A stretch of 64,000 nt of DNA from Chitinispirillaceae bacterium (GTDB lineage Bacteria; Fibrobacterota; Chitinivibrionia; Chitinivibrionales; Chitinispirillaceae). Within the stretch, counting starts at the first letter, position 1. Every line of letters starts with the position of its first letter. The DNA lies in assembly GCA_049514575.1 (NCBI GenBank), contig JBEKUX010000009.1, positions 15,146-79,145 of the forward strand, read 5' to 3'. The translations under genes were made by a program, and so were the position numbers. Shown here one piece after another: positions 19,401 through 28,600 of this stretch. The notes beneath the pieces are model-generated. The model was given only the letters and a program-made list of their open reading frames with translations. It was not told the origin of the DNA and ran no database searches.

Positions 19401-22400
19401 GGACGCAGAAATTGCCCCGGTGCTTCTCCTCGATCGGTATCTCGATCAGCTTCTGGCTGTTCGAAAGGGTCAGCCACTCTTTTCTGATAATCTCTTTCTT
19501 GTGCTCGATCTCATACAAAACCTTCACCTGTTTTTCCGCCGTCCCGATGCACAGCGCCGCCTTCTCGCCCGGCTCGCCCCCTGCCCTGACCGCCGCAAAC
19601 CAGTCGCACTGCGGCGCTGCCACAGAGCTCTCCAGCGGGGAAAAAACAGTCACATACTGCGTGGAAACAACCTCCTGACCGAACACGTCCTTTGCAGTCG
19701 CCTCAACCGCATATACCCCCTGCCGCCAGTTCCTGATATCCGGTATTACAAGTATGGAATCGGTTTTCGTGTCGAGCTGCTTTTCAAAAACCTTTTTTTC
19801 TTTCGGCCAGTTCATGACAGCCCGCTCGTTTGCGTAGGGCACGCCCGGGAAAAGTGCGGTAAACTCCTTTTTATCCAGAACATGCCGGTCAGGCTCTTCC
19901 CACAACCGGGTCCGCAGCGGAACGTCCGGACCCTTGAGCCGCGAAATCGTAATCGCGACCCTGGTCGGTTCGGAAACACCGCTCATGTTGGTCGCCCGCA
20001 CGGCAAATGCCGTGTCCTTTGTTTTGTCGACCTGCTGCTGCATGTCAACTGAAAGGTTCAGCGCCGCATACCCCACCGAAACGCTCGATTCGCCGCTCCT
20101 TGTTTCTCCGTTCGCGTCGGTTATGTCCGTAAAAACCGTATACATGAACGTGGGATTAAAACTTTTATCCACTGCGGGATCCGGCAGTGCCTTGAACGTA
20201 ACGGCAAATCCTCCGGTGTCATCAGTCATTGTCGTTCCGCTGGTGATTTCCATTTCAGGCGACGGCGGGCACCAGAAGTTCCACCACCCGAACCAGCAGG
20301 GGTACTGCGTCGAACGAACCACACGGTATTTGACCTGCGCGTTGTCGACAGACGAGCCGGCGTACGCTTTTGCCCGGCCGGTCGCCACGATCGATTCGTC
20401 GAGCCGGAACTGCCCTTTGACCGGGTTCATCGTCACCTCGAACTTCGGCCGCTTGTACTCCTCGACCGAAAAGTACACCGAACCCCATTTGTCCTGGATA
20501 TGCATCTGTCCGTTCAGAACGTTGGCCGGCGCAATAAAACTGCCGCTCACGGTCCCGTAGTCGTTGGTGGTAAGGACAAGCGCCGAAACCTTCTGATAAT
20601 TGACATCGTAGAGTTCAACCGTGGTCGTCCTGCGCGGAACGATCACCGAGTTGTCGTTGTCTCTCCTGAGAACAATCCCTTTGAAGTAAACGGTCTGGCC
20701 CGGCCGGTAGATGGCACGGTCGGTAAAGAAGAAGGTCTGCAGAAGCGCTCCGGTCTCCTCTGACCGGCGGTACTGGTAAATCTCCCGGTCGCTCAGGAGA
20801 CGGTCCTGCCCGTACAAAATTTCGAGGCTGAAGGGATTGACGTGGAAAATGTTCGGCAGGAACGGTGCGGGCAGCACTACCCGCCCTTCGGCATCGGCAG
20901 TATATTCGCCTTTGACGACCCGGGTATAGACCCGCTGCGATTCGTCGTATACCCGCTCCAGTTTTCTGACCGTTGCCTTTGCAAGCGGCCCTCCGGTTTC
21001 GCGGTCGCGTACGAACAGTTCATACCTTCCGTCAACGTCACGTCCGAAATAGGCGATCCCGGAAACCCAGCAGCCTGCCACGGCGATGCCGTTTTTCGGA
21101 TAGGGAAAACCTGCGGACGCACTGGCAATCAGGACATAAAAACTCTTCCCGAGCTGCGGCACCTTTATCTCCGCCGAGTGAACCTGATAATCGCCGTCGT
21201 CCGGAAGCGCGCACTCCCACTCTGCAGCCGGTTTCTTCAGGCGAAGAGCCTCGATGAATTTTTCCTGCTCGTAATAACCGTACTTTTCCTGAAGCGCCCT
21301 GAACTCCTTAAAGTCAATCGGCACTGCGCGGAGCCACAGTCTTCCGATGTTTTTCCATTTGATAAGGGCAAGCGAGGGCTTCCCCGGAACGACAACCTCC
21401 TCTGTCTCGAGCGAAACCTCTTTCTGCATGAGCTCGCCTTTCAGCGACGCGCACAGTCCGGCGCCATACGAACCGGGATATTTTTCCATGGCGCTGGCGC
21501 ACACATCAAGCGCTTTTTTAAGAAACCACCGGTACCGTTCATCCCCATGCGATTTATAGCCCCGTCCCTTTTCCGCATAAGCATCGGCGATCGCATGCAT
21601 CACTTCTGCGGCAGCCGGATTGGCGCCGCACTTTTTCTGCAGCCATTCAAGCGTTGCGAGATAGAGGCTGTCCTTTGTTTCAAACGTCGCATGCTCCCGG
21701 ACGAACGCCAGCCGTTTCAGGTCAGCGTCCACCAGCGCTTCATAATCACCGGGAGTGTTATGGAAGGCAACAAGGTCCTGCAGTATCTTCAGCGCGCGGA
21801 ACTCGAGCGACAGCGAGTCCTTGGTTGCAAGCGGCAGGGCCGCGAAATCGCCGCTGTTCTTCAAATAGTCCTCCCTGTCGATCTGAAAAATGTACGACGG
21901 CTTCGGCAGATCGGTCTCGGTGTTCATGAAAAAATCAACGGCCCGGTGGGCGAGAAAATCGTACAGCGTAGGCCGACGCTTGCCGCACTGGCCGGCATCG
22001 ACAAGAATGTCGTTGACATCGGAAAGCGAAATGGTTTTAAGCGTTTCCTTTTCCCTGAGCGAACCGTCGTACTGCGCGAGCGTGGCCGCAACGATTTTCG
22101 AAAGGTCCCAGGTCGTAATGTCTTCAGAAGAGAAATTGACGGTCCTGGTGCGGTCGTAGAAACGCCACCGGTTCTGTTCGTAGTAGCGCCAGTACACTTC
22201 GGCCGTCACCGAACGCAGGATCGCCTGCAGAGGGCCATGAGCTTCGCTGGTCTCGCGCTCGAGAAGGTTTATTGCCTTCACGGTCGACTGTTCCTCCTTA
22301 TACGATTCAAGCCGCATCCGGTACATGAGCGCTTTGACCACCTGGGTCGCTTCGTTCTCTTTTTTTGCTTTTTCGTACACCGTTTCGACCTCTTTGAGCG

Positions 22401-22596
22401 CCGATTCGGTCAGGCCGCCATTAACCAGCGAATCGATCCTTTTCCACGCCATTGTATCGATCGGCCCGTGCTTCAGTGTTCCCGGCAAAGCGACCTTCAC
22501 GGTTTGATGGAAAATCGGCTGGTTCCCGCTTACGAGCATCCCGGCAATAACAATACCGGTCAGTGTAACGATGATAACGGCGGTCGTGGGCTTCAT
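16423..22596 (-). CDS. Bacterial alpha-2-macroglobulin family protein with thioester motif
   Basis: 2057 aa from ATG 22596 (AAGGAG upstream). N-terminal TM MKPTTAVIIVTLTGIVIAGMLV. YPYECAEQTF carries the CxEQ thioester (nt 18052-18063). A low-complexity GGYYYGGGYGGRRARL...AAPAPEASRAKGEAMALKK segment (~nt 18770-19020) precedes it, bait-like. The large repetitive beta-rich body fits MG domains. Confidence 0.88.
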   Translation of the reverse strand: MKPTTAVIIVTLTGIVIAGMLVSGNQPIFHQTVKVALPGTLKHGPIDTMAWKRIDSLVNGGLTESALKEVETVYEKAKKENEATQVVKALMYRMRLESYKEEQSTVKAINLLERETSEAHGPLQAILRSVTAEVYWRYYEQNRWRFYDRTRTVNFSSEDITTWDLSKIVAATLAQYDGSLREKETLKTISLSDVNDILVDAGQCGKRRPTLYDFLAHRAVDFFMNTETDLPKPSYIFQIDREDYLKNSGDFAALPLATKDSLSLEFRALKILQDLVAFHNTPGDYEALVDADLKRLAFVREHATFETKDSLYLATLEWLQKKCGANPAAAEVMHAIADAYAEKGRGYKSHGDERYRWFLKKALDVCASAMEKYPGSYGAGLCASLKGELMQKEVSLETEEVVVPGKPSLALIKWKNIGRLWLRAVPIDFKEFRALQEKYGYYEQEKFIEALRLKKPAAEWECALPDDGDYQVHSAEIKVPQLGKSFYVLIASASAGFPYPKNGIAVAGCWVSGIAYFGRDVDGRYELFVRDRETGGPLAKATVRKLERVYDESQRVYTRVVKGEYTADAEGRVVLPAPFLPNIFHVNPFSLEILYGQDRLLSDREIYQYRRSEETGALLQTFFFTDRAIYRPGQTVYFKGIVLRRDNDNSVIVPRRTTTVELYDVNYQKVSALVLTTNDYGTVSGSFIAPANVLNGQMHIQDKWGSVYFSVEEYKRPKFEVTMNPVKGQFRLDESIVATGRAKAYAGSSVDNAQVKYRVVRSTQYPCWFGWWNFWCPPSPEMEITSGTTMTDDTGGFAVTFKALPDPAVDKSFNPTFMYTVFTDITDANGETRSGESSVSVGYAALNLSVDMQQQVDKTKDTAFAVRATNMSGVSEPTRVAITISRLKGPDVPLRTRLWEEPDRHVLDKKEFTALFPGVPYANERAVMNWPKEKKVFEKQLDTKTDSILVIPDIRNWRQGVYAVEATAKDVFGQEVVSTQYVTVFSPLESSVAAPQCDWFAAVRAGGEPGEKAALCIGTAEKQVKVLYEIEHKKEIIRKEWLTLSNSQKLIEIPIEEKHRGNFCVHFTFVKNGRSYRHDQTISVPWTNKDLAITFETFRNKLQPGQKEEWRIRITGKKGDKVAAEMVACLYDASLDAFRPHSWQFDIYPCYGSVLLWDMSSQFGAAAAQVFSEGWNESASSPSMQYPYLNWFGFEGGYYYGGGYGGRRARLGMAFEEEDKAAPMAAPAPEASRAKGEAMALKKTAVNVASAAAGGELKVSAPVAARKVQESGLSTVKARTNLNETAFFYPHLTTDEKGEVVVSFTMPEALTRWKMLGFAHTKDLCYGMVSKELVTQKDLMVMPNLPRFLRENDRITLSAKITNLSGKDLSGSAQLMLFDATTMKPVDSFFGNTSPVRNVTINKGLSTAVGWDISVPENVPAVAARIVAKAGDFSDGEENTLPLVTNRMLVTETMPLPMRTRGTKKFVFGKLVSQNSKSATLRNHKLTLEFTQNPAWYAVQALPYLMEYPYECAEQTFARYYANTIATGIANSTPKIKAVFDSWKSSASGALLSNLEKNQELKSALLEEAPWVLEGKNESESKKRIGLLFDLNRMSNELDAAKRRLAKMQLASGGWPWFEGMPDDRFITQYIITGFGRLRNLKMIALTDDRDCRNMVEKGLHYLDDRISEDYEWVLAHGTPDSNNLGYMQIQYLYARSFFSDLPVNEHNRKAYDYYKGQAVKYWIRNNRYLQAMIALALHRMNVLDLPQHIIRSLKENSLSSEEMGMYWKEMYEGYHWYEAPIETQALYIEAFDEVAHDTASVEAMKVWLLKSKQTQNWKTTKATAEACYALLLRGTDLLAAGNDVTVALGSLVVDPKKLKDESVEAGTGYFKTSWSGGEIKPEMGTITVTKGSSGVAWGALYWQYFEQLDKITGAATPLRLVKKLFVKRNSDRGPVLDPVTEKSGLKIGDKITVRIELRIDRDMEYVHLKDMRAAGFEPLNVLSGYKWQDGLGYYESTRDLATHFFISYLNKGTYVFEYELVVTHKGDFSNGITSIQCMYAPEFGSHSEGIRVKVAE

Positions 22597-22839
22597 GGCA
22601 GCTCCTTTTAAAAAAAGGAATATCCTTTTTAACAGTACTAGTATAAATGATGGGAGAAAAAACATAGGAATTTTTACCGGTCAGTAAACATCCAACAAAT
22701 TCTCGTCACCATGAATTTAGACAGCCCAAATTGGAAAAAGTTCCCTGTCGCAGCGTGATATACGAACTTCTTTCAGGTATCCACCAGCGTCGGAGACATA
22801 TTTTTAAAGTAATTAATCATTATATCGTGTGATAAAATT

Positions 22840-23916
22840 ATGAAAATCGCAGTCGGCATGAGCGGAGGGGTCGATTCTTCGGTGGCGGCGTTTCTCCTGA
22901 AACAGGAGGGCCATGAGGTGATCGGCCTGACCATGAAAATCTGGCGCGGCGATAGAGCCGGGCATGCGCCAAAGGGAAATGCCTGCTACGGGCCTGAGGA
23001 GATCGAGGACATCGAACAGACAAGGGCCCTGTGCCGGATGCTCGGCATCGGCTATCATGTCATCGACTGCTCGGAACAGTACGAAACAATCGTCCTTGAG
23101 TACTTCAGAAAAGAGTATCGTTCCGGCCGGACACCCAATCCGTGCATCCGCTGCAACCAGGAGATAAAATTCGGGGTGCTGACAGGACTTGCAAAAAAGG
23201 AAGGGCTTCTTTTTGATAAATTCGCCACGGGCCACTATGCGCAGGTCGGCTATGACGATCATCGAAAGCGCTGGCTGCTGAAGAATGGAGTGGACGACCG
23301 CAAGGACCAGTCCTACTTCCTGTATCGGTTATCGCAGGAACAGCTTGCCGCGACATTGTTTCCGCTCGGCGGAAAGCGGAAAAACGAAGTCCGCACGATT
23401 GCAAAAGAGGCCGGACTTCCTGTTCATGACAAGGAGGAGAGCCAGGATTTTTATTCCGGCCATTATGGCGATATCATCGGACAGGAGAACCAGCCCGGCG
23501 ACATCGTGGACGCGTCCGGGAACATCCGTGGAAAACATGCGGGGATCTGGAACTATACGGTCGGCCAGCGCAAGGGGCTGGGCATCGCGCATGCCGAACC
23601 GCTCTACGTGCTTTCCATCGACGTTGCGAAAAACAGGATCGTCGTCGGCACTGAAAAGGAGACCTGGCGCTCGGCGTTTACCGCTGTCGACTGCTCCTGG
23701 ATCGCATTTGAAAGGCCGTCCGGTCCGTTTACCGCAGAAGTAAAGATCCGTTCGGCGACGCCGGAAGCCGAGGCGAAAATAGAACCTATGCGCGACAATG
23801 TCGTACGAGTTTCTTTTGTTGCACCCCGTTCAGGTATTACCCCGGGCCAATCGGCAGTATTTTATACTGGTGATGTTGTGCTTGGCGGAGGGATAATAGA
23901 CACAGTGGGAAAATAA
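22840..23916 (+). CDS. mnmA: tRNA 2-thiouridine(34) synthase
   Basis: MKIAVGMSGGVDSSV (PP-loop), NPCIRCN and RKDQSYFL motifs; 358 aa. Confidence 0.93.
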   Translation: MKIAVGMSGGVDSSVAAFLLKQEGHEVIGLTMKIWRGDRAGHAPKGNACYGPEEIEDIEQTRALCRMLGIGYHVIDCSEQYETIVLEYFRKEYRSGRTPNPCIRCNQEIKFGVLTGLAKKEGLLFDKFATGHYAQVGYDDHRKRWLLKNGVDDRKDQSYFLYRLSQEQLAATLFPLGGKRKNEVRTIAKEAGLPVHDKEESQDFYSGHYGDIIGQENQPGDIVDASGNIRGKHAGIWNYTVGQRKGLGIAHAEPLYVLSIDVAKNRIVVGTEKETWRSAFTAVDCSWIAFERPSGPFTAEVKIRSATPEAEAKIEPMRDNVVRVSFVAPRSGITPGQSAVFYTGDVVLGGGIIDTVGK

Positions 23917-23930
23917 AGGAATAATTACTT

Positions 23931-25670
23931 TTGGAAATAAAAGAAGAGCATCAGCCGCAATCCCAGTCGGTCGTTACTCCGGAATCGCTCCTTTCGGTGC
24001 TGGGCGTGGTCTATTCCCACCGCAAGACGGCCGACGGCGGCGACATGTACCTGACCCGCTTCGGCCTTCATTATGCCGACATGCTCGAACTTGACAATTG
24101 GTACGAAAAGGAATGGTTCGAAGCGAAGCGCGAGCGACTGGAGGGCACCAGCGCCGTGTACCGCGTGCCCACCAAGGAGGTGGCCGGCAGGAGCATCGAG
24201 CTCGTGGTGAAAAACTGCCGCGTGGGCGAAGACGTGCCGTTTGAGACGCGCTCGCTCCTGGAATTCATCAACACCGAGTTCAACAGCCCGTGGGAGGAGT
24301 TCGCGCTTGTCATGGAGCTGCGCGAAGGGAAATACGGCCCGGCCTCGCTCCACTGTAATACCCAGGAGCCGCTGGCCATTTACGTGCCCCCCGAAAAGAT
24401 GCAGATATGGCAGAGCGGCCGGTCATATGCGAAAATCAACCGGATCCGCGCCCGCCATCCCGGGATCGACATCGACATCCTGCGCCAGTACAAGCTCATT
24501 TACGGATGGATACGGGGCAAGGATGTGCTCCAGCTCTTTACCGAGAGCGGCATGCATGGCCCGGAACTCGACCCGGCGCTTGTCCCGTTTACGCAGAAAG
24601 CGACGAACGATCTCGGAAGCAAAGGGTATGTCATGGCCGACATGAAACCCTCGCACGTCATCGTCGGCGAGGAGGATGCGAAAAAGGTGGAAGCCATTGT
24701 GGGAGCAACCGATGAGGACACGCAGCGGCTCCGGGCGCTTCTGCTTTCGGACCTTGTTGCGCAGGGAAATTTTTCGGTCATTGATTACGAACTTCTGGTG
24801 CGCACGCCGGCACATGAGGAACAGGTGAACTGGTCGCGCCGGCACTCCTACCTCGATGACCAGCGTGACCGCTTCACTGCCACCGAACTGCCTTCGCATC
24901 TGGCAGACGCTGAAATTCTCGGCGTGCCCTATATTTTCGGGCAGGTACAGAGCACGGGCGGAAAGCTCTGGGTCGTGGGTCGTAACGCGAGGCTTTTCGA
25001 TTATTTTCTGCCGGAACGGTGGAGAAAGACGCATGCCTGGAAACTTACTGAAAACAATGACGTGTATTATACGGTGACCAAGGATCAGATTCATCTGGTA
25101 TGGAAAATTTCCCGTATTGGCGACCAACCGGTACCGGACCCTGCCTGTCCGTTTCCGGAAAAGCTTGAGGAATACGGGTTCAACAGTCCCTTTGAGGAGT
25201 TCGCCATTGCACAGCATCTTAACGAAAACGGCATGCCGACCGTCTATGTCAGGGCCGTTTACATGACCGGTACGGTGAAGGCAGAACAGTCGGCCGATTT
25301 ACGGCGGTACGATTCCCACCGGACGATCCGGGATATTGACGGCAAGTCGATCCTGCTTGAAGACCGCGACTATATTACCCTGCGGGGTTATTTCAACGGG
25401 CCGGACTGGTGGGTGGCTGAGCAGACCGGCCAGCTCTGCCGGCCGTTCGATCTGGAACAGGCTGTCGCAAAGGGGCTCATCGACGCGGCCCTGCACAGGA
25501 AACTGACCGACAAGGTGCAGAGCGGGCTGAAAAACCTCGGGTACGACGGAATATTGCTTAAAGGCAACGACCTGCTTCTTGCACTTGATCCAAAGAATGA
25601 GTTTCTGAAGGATGCCGAAGGTCTGCCCGAGGTGAGGATCTGCAATTTTGAGCTGATAAAAAAAATATAA
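23931..25670 (+). CDS. Internally duplicated protein-kinase-like (Kdo/WaaP/RIO-type) protein, function unknown
   Basis: 579 aa in two alignable halves. FNSPWEEFALVMELRE aligns with FNSPFEEFAIAQHLNE. YVMADMKPSHVIV (catalytic-loop-like, nt 24639-24656) aligns with the degenerate YDGILLKGNDLLL. VIDYELLV aligns with ICNFELIK. The TTG start is 14 nt after the mnmA stop; the first ATG is at 24045, so the start is uncertain. Confidence 0.6.
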   Translation: MEIKEEHQPQSQSVVTPESLLSVLGVVYSHRKTADGGDMYLTRFGLHYADMLELDNWYEKEWFEAKRERLEGTSAVYRVPTKEVAGRSIELVVKNCRVGEDVPFETRSLLEFINTEFNSPWEEFALVMELREGKYGPASLHCNTQEPLAIYVPPEKMQIWQSGRSYAKINRIRARHPGIDIDILRQYKLIYGWIRGKDVLQLFTESGMHGPELDPALVPFTQKATNDLGSKGYVMADMKPSHVIVGEEDAKKVEAIVGATDEDTQRLRALLLSDLVAQGNFSVIDYELLVRTPAHEEQVNWSRRHSYLDDQRDRFTATELPSHLADAEILGVPYIFGQVQSTGGKLWVVGRNARLFDYFLPERWRKTHAWKLTENNDVYYTVTKDQIHLVWKISRIGDQPVPDPACPFPEKLEEYGFNSPFEEFAIAQHLNENGMPTVYVRAVYMTGTVKAEQSADLRRYDSHRTIRDIDGKSILLEDRDYITLRGYFNGPDWWVAEQTGQLCRPFDLEQAVAKGLIDAALHRKLTDKVQSGLKNLGYDGILLKGNDLLLALDPKNEFLKDAEGLPEVRICNFELIKKI

Positions 25671-25676
25671 AGAATA

Positions 25677-28600
25677 TTATTTCCGCGGCGGGTGAATCAC
25701 CAGTTTCTGTATCTTGCTTTTGATTATCTTTTCCTGGGAAGGATAATCGGCAGTCACCTGATAGAGATAGATATTCGGAGGTAAAGGATACCCGGTCTGG
25801 TCGCGGCCGTCCCATGCCTCGCCGTTCGACGCGTTTTTGATCACCTTCAGCAGCCTCCCGCCAAGCGAATAAATTTTAATAACGACATTGAAGTCCAGGG
25901 CCGGCATGACATTCTGCGTTGTTGTCGTTGAAGGGTAGAAAAAGAAGCGGGTGCTCTCTCCCATGCGCATTGGATTGGGCGTATTGAAGACATGGTCGAG
26001 CGCGAACGTGTTCATATCGGTTATTTCCAGAACGAATTTCGCCTTTGATACATTGCCCAGAAGGTCCTGTGCCGTTATCTGCAAGTTGTAGTTGCCCGGG
26101 TTAAGCGAGTTTTCCTCGAAAGACAAGACTGCGTTTCCTTTCCGGAAATCCCCCTCGGCGAACTGGAACTTATAATTGATATTGCGGCGGCTAATAATGC
26201 CGGGGATCTCCATAGTCAATCCTTGGTCCGGGCCGTTGTCAATGACATTGATGCCGCTTTGGTCGAAAAGGTCGATCTCGCATTTGAGCGGCAGGGACGA
26301 AACAATATGGTCGGTGAATGAAACCGAACCGCTGCGCATGGATGCGATATCATAGACCGGCCTCAGGGTGATTCTCGGCCCGACCGTGTCGTTGCTTGAC
26401 GTGCACTTTGTGCAGGTCCCGTGGAAAAAAATCGAATCGCACCCTCCCCCGGCCACCGAGTCTTCCCATGCATAGGCGGTGAGCCTGGCGCCGCTTTGAT
26501 CGAAAATGATGCTGGGCGGTATGATCGCGGCCTGCTCGAACGAACCGTTACGCACCGCGGTCTGGGCGGAAAAAATCGGTTTCCCCGGCCTCAGCCACCG
26601 TACTGTGGTGTCGGCCCCACCGTCTTTACGTCCGGTTATTTCGGGCGGATTGAAAATAGTCACTTGCACAAAAGCCGGAAGGGTGGTCCCGAAACTTCCG
26701 TCAACAACGCCGTTTTGATCAACGATGGTCCCCTTGATGTTTATCTGCTGCATCGCCATAAGCGTATCGCTCTGCGGTTTGTTGTCAGCATCGTAAAGCT
26801 TGAGCACCACCCGCCGGGATAAATTTGCGAGCCGGACCGAGGGATCGCCTAAAAGCACATAGACGTTGCTGTTGCCGTTCGAGTTCCCCCCGCAGGCCAG
26901 CTTTGCATTGAGGATGGCCATGCCGATTGTCGGGCTCTGCGCGGTAAAAAGCAAATCGTAGAGATTGATCCCCAGTTCCGTGTTAGCCCAGGGCATGGCG
27001 CCACGGGTGCTGGCAAACGAGGCGATTGCCCCTGCTCCAGGGGCGTTGAAAAGGCATTCCGCAAGCGACGTATTGCCCGGCTTGTCAAAGGTCGAAACAC
27101 CGCAGGAAAACGATGAGATAAACGGATACCGATTTGCATTATATAACTGCTGCACCGTGCTCGGCTGAAGCACGTGTTCGTCGGCCCAGTAGACATACGA
27201 TCCGTGGCCGAAATAGTTCACGTAGCCGACGCCGCTGTTGATCTGATTGACAATGGCGGCCGATGCCTCGGGTTTTTCGCGGACAGTGTTCCACGGATAA
27301 TTGTATTCATACACCTTTCGCAGGTCCAGCCACGGCCGTGCCGTTCCCACGGCAGCGGCGAGCATTTCTGACGATACCGTGTGGCCGCTCTGATTATTGG
27401 GCGAGCAGATGCCGCCGTCATAGGTCATTCCCTGCATATCGTCATCCGCAACGAGCATCATGGTGTTGCGCCACGAACCCCAGTCGGCCGACAGGCCTTC
27501 GGTCGCTATGATTTTATTAACCATGACCGATGCCGCCGCATTGTTTATGTCGTTTTGTGTCTGGCACGGCAACCGCCCGAGCGCCACGGTATTTTCGCCC
27601 GAACTGCTGAAATCGCCCGGGGAGAGTGCCGCATAAAAATCCTCGACGCAGGTGTTGCCCCCCAGTTCCATCGGAGGAATGTAATTCTTCTCGGATGTGT
27701 ATACCTGCTTGTAGTCATAATTTCCGCACCCCATGAGCACCACATAATCGAGCATGTTCTGGCTCTGCCAGTTGCGGACCACAAAGGCAAGAAAATTCCG
27801 CAGCGCCACCGGGTCCATATTCCCGCCCGCAAATGCGGTATAGATGTCATTGATGCTGACGATACGGGGACTCGTAAAACCATGGTGCGCCTTATGGTCT
27901 GCCAGTTGATTGGCCTGGTTTAGAAAAGCAGGGTGCGTGACAATGAGGTAATCGGCGAAATTCGACGCGTCCCTGAGGTCCGGGATGGTATAATTCGAAC
28001 CGCTCATGACCGTGGGCGGCAATGAAAAGTCCCCATCGGCCAGCGTAATGAACCCCTGCCCGTTGCACAGGAAATAGCGGGCGCCGCTGTTGCCCGTATC
28101 GCTCCACACATAGGGCGTGCCGCCCGGGATCGTGTCGACCAGCCCGACGGCGCTTTCGTCAGGCGGGATCCGGAAAACATAGATCAGACCGCTGCCGGTT
28201 GATGAAAACCGGTAACTTATTACGCCGGTGTCACCCGACGAAAACACCGTCATGCGCAGCGCCGAATCCGCCCTGGCCGACAACGGCTGCCGGTAATCGA
28301 CCCGGATATTTCTAAGCTGCCAGTAGTAATTGTTGTACGACTGGTCCGTATAGATAATACGCAGATACCGGCTTCCCCAGCGCGGAACCGGATAATCCAC
28401 GTCAGTTTGACAACCTGCACAGATCGTATCGTCACCTGAAGTGTCCGAAAAGACCGCCGTGACCGGGGCACCTGTATTTTCATACTTTTGAAACCGCAGA
28501 ATTCCGCCGATCGTTTTGTCGATGTGCGGAAGATCCAGCTGCACGTCGAACTCCCTGTTATACCGTGACAAAGCTTCCCATACGTAACTGACGATATCAT

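Noticed and set aside
1-22596. Possible pbpC-A2M functional pair (the PBP at the left edge and the alpha-2-macroglobulin).
   Set aside because: The two genes are ~14 kb and more than 12 genes apart. The PBP looks like a generic class A enzyme, so adjacency-based linkage as in yfhM-pbpC does not apply.
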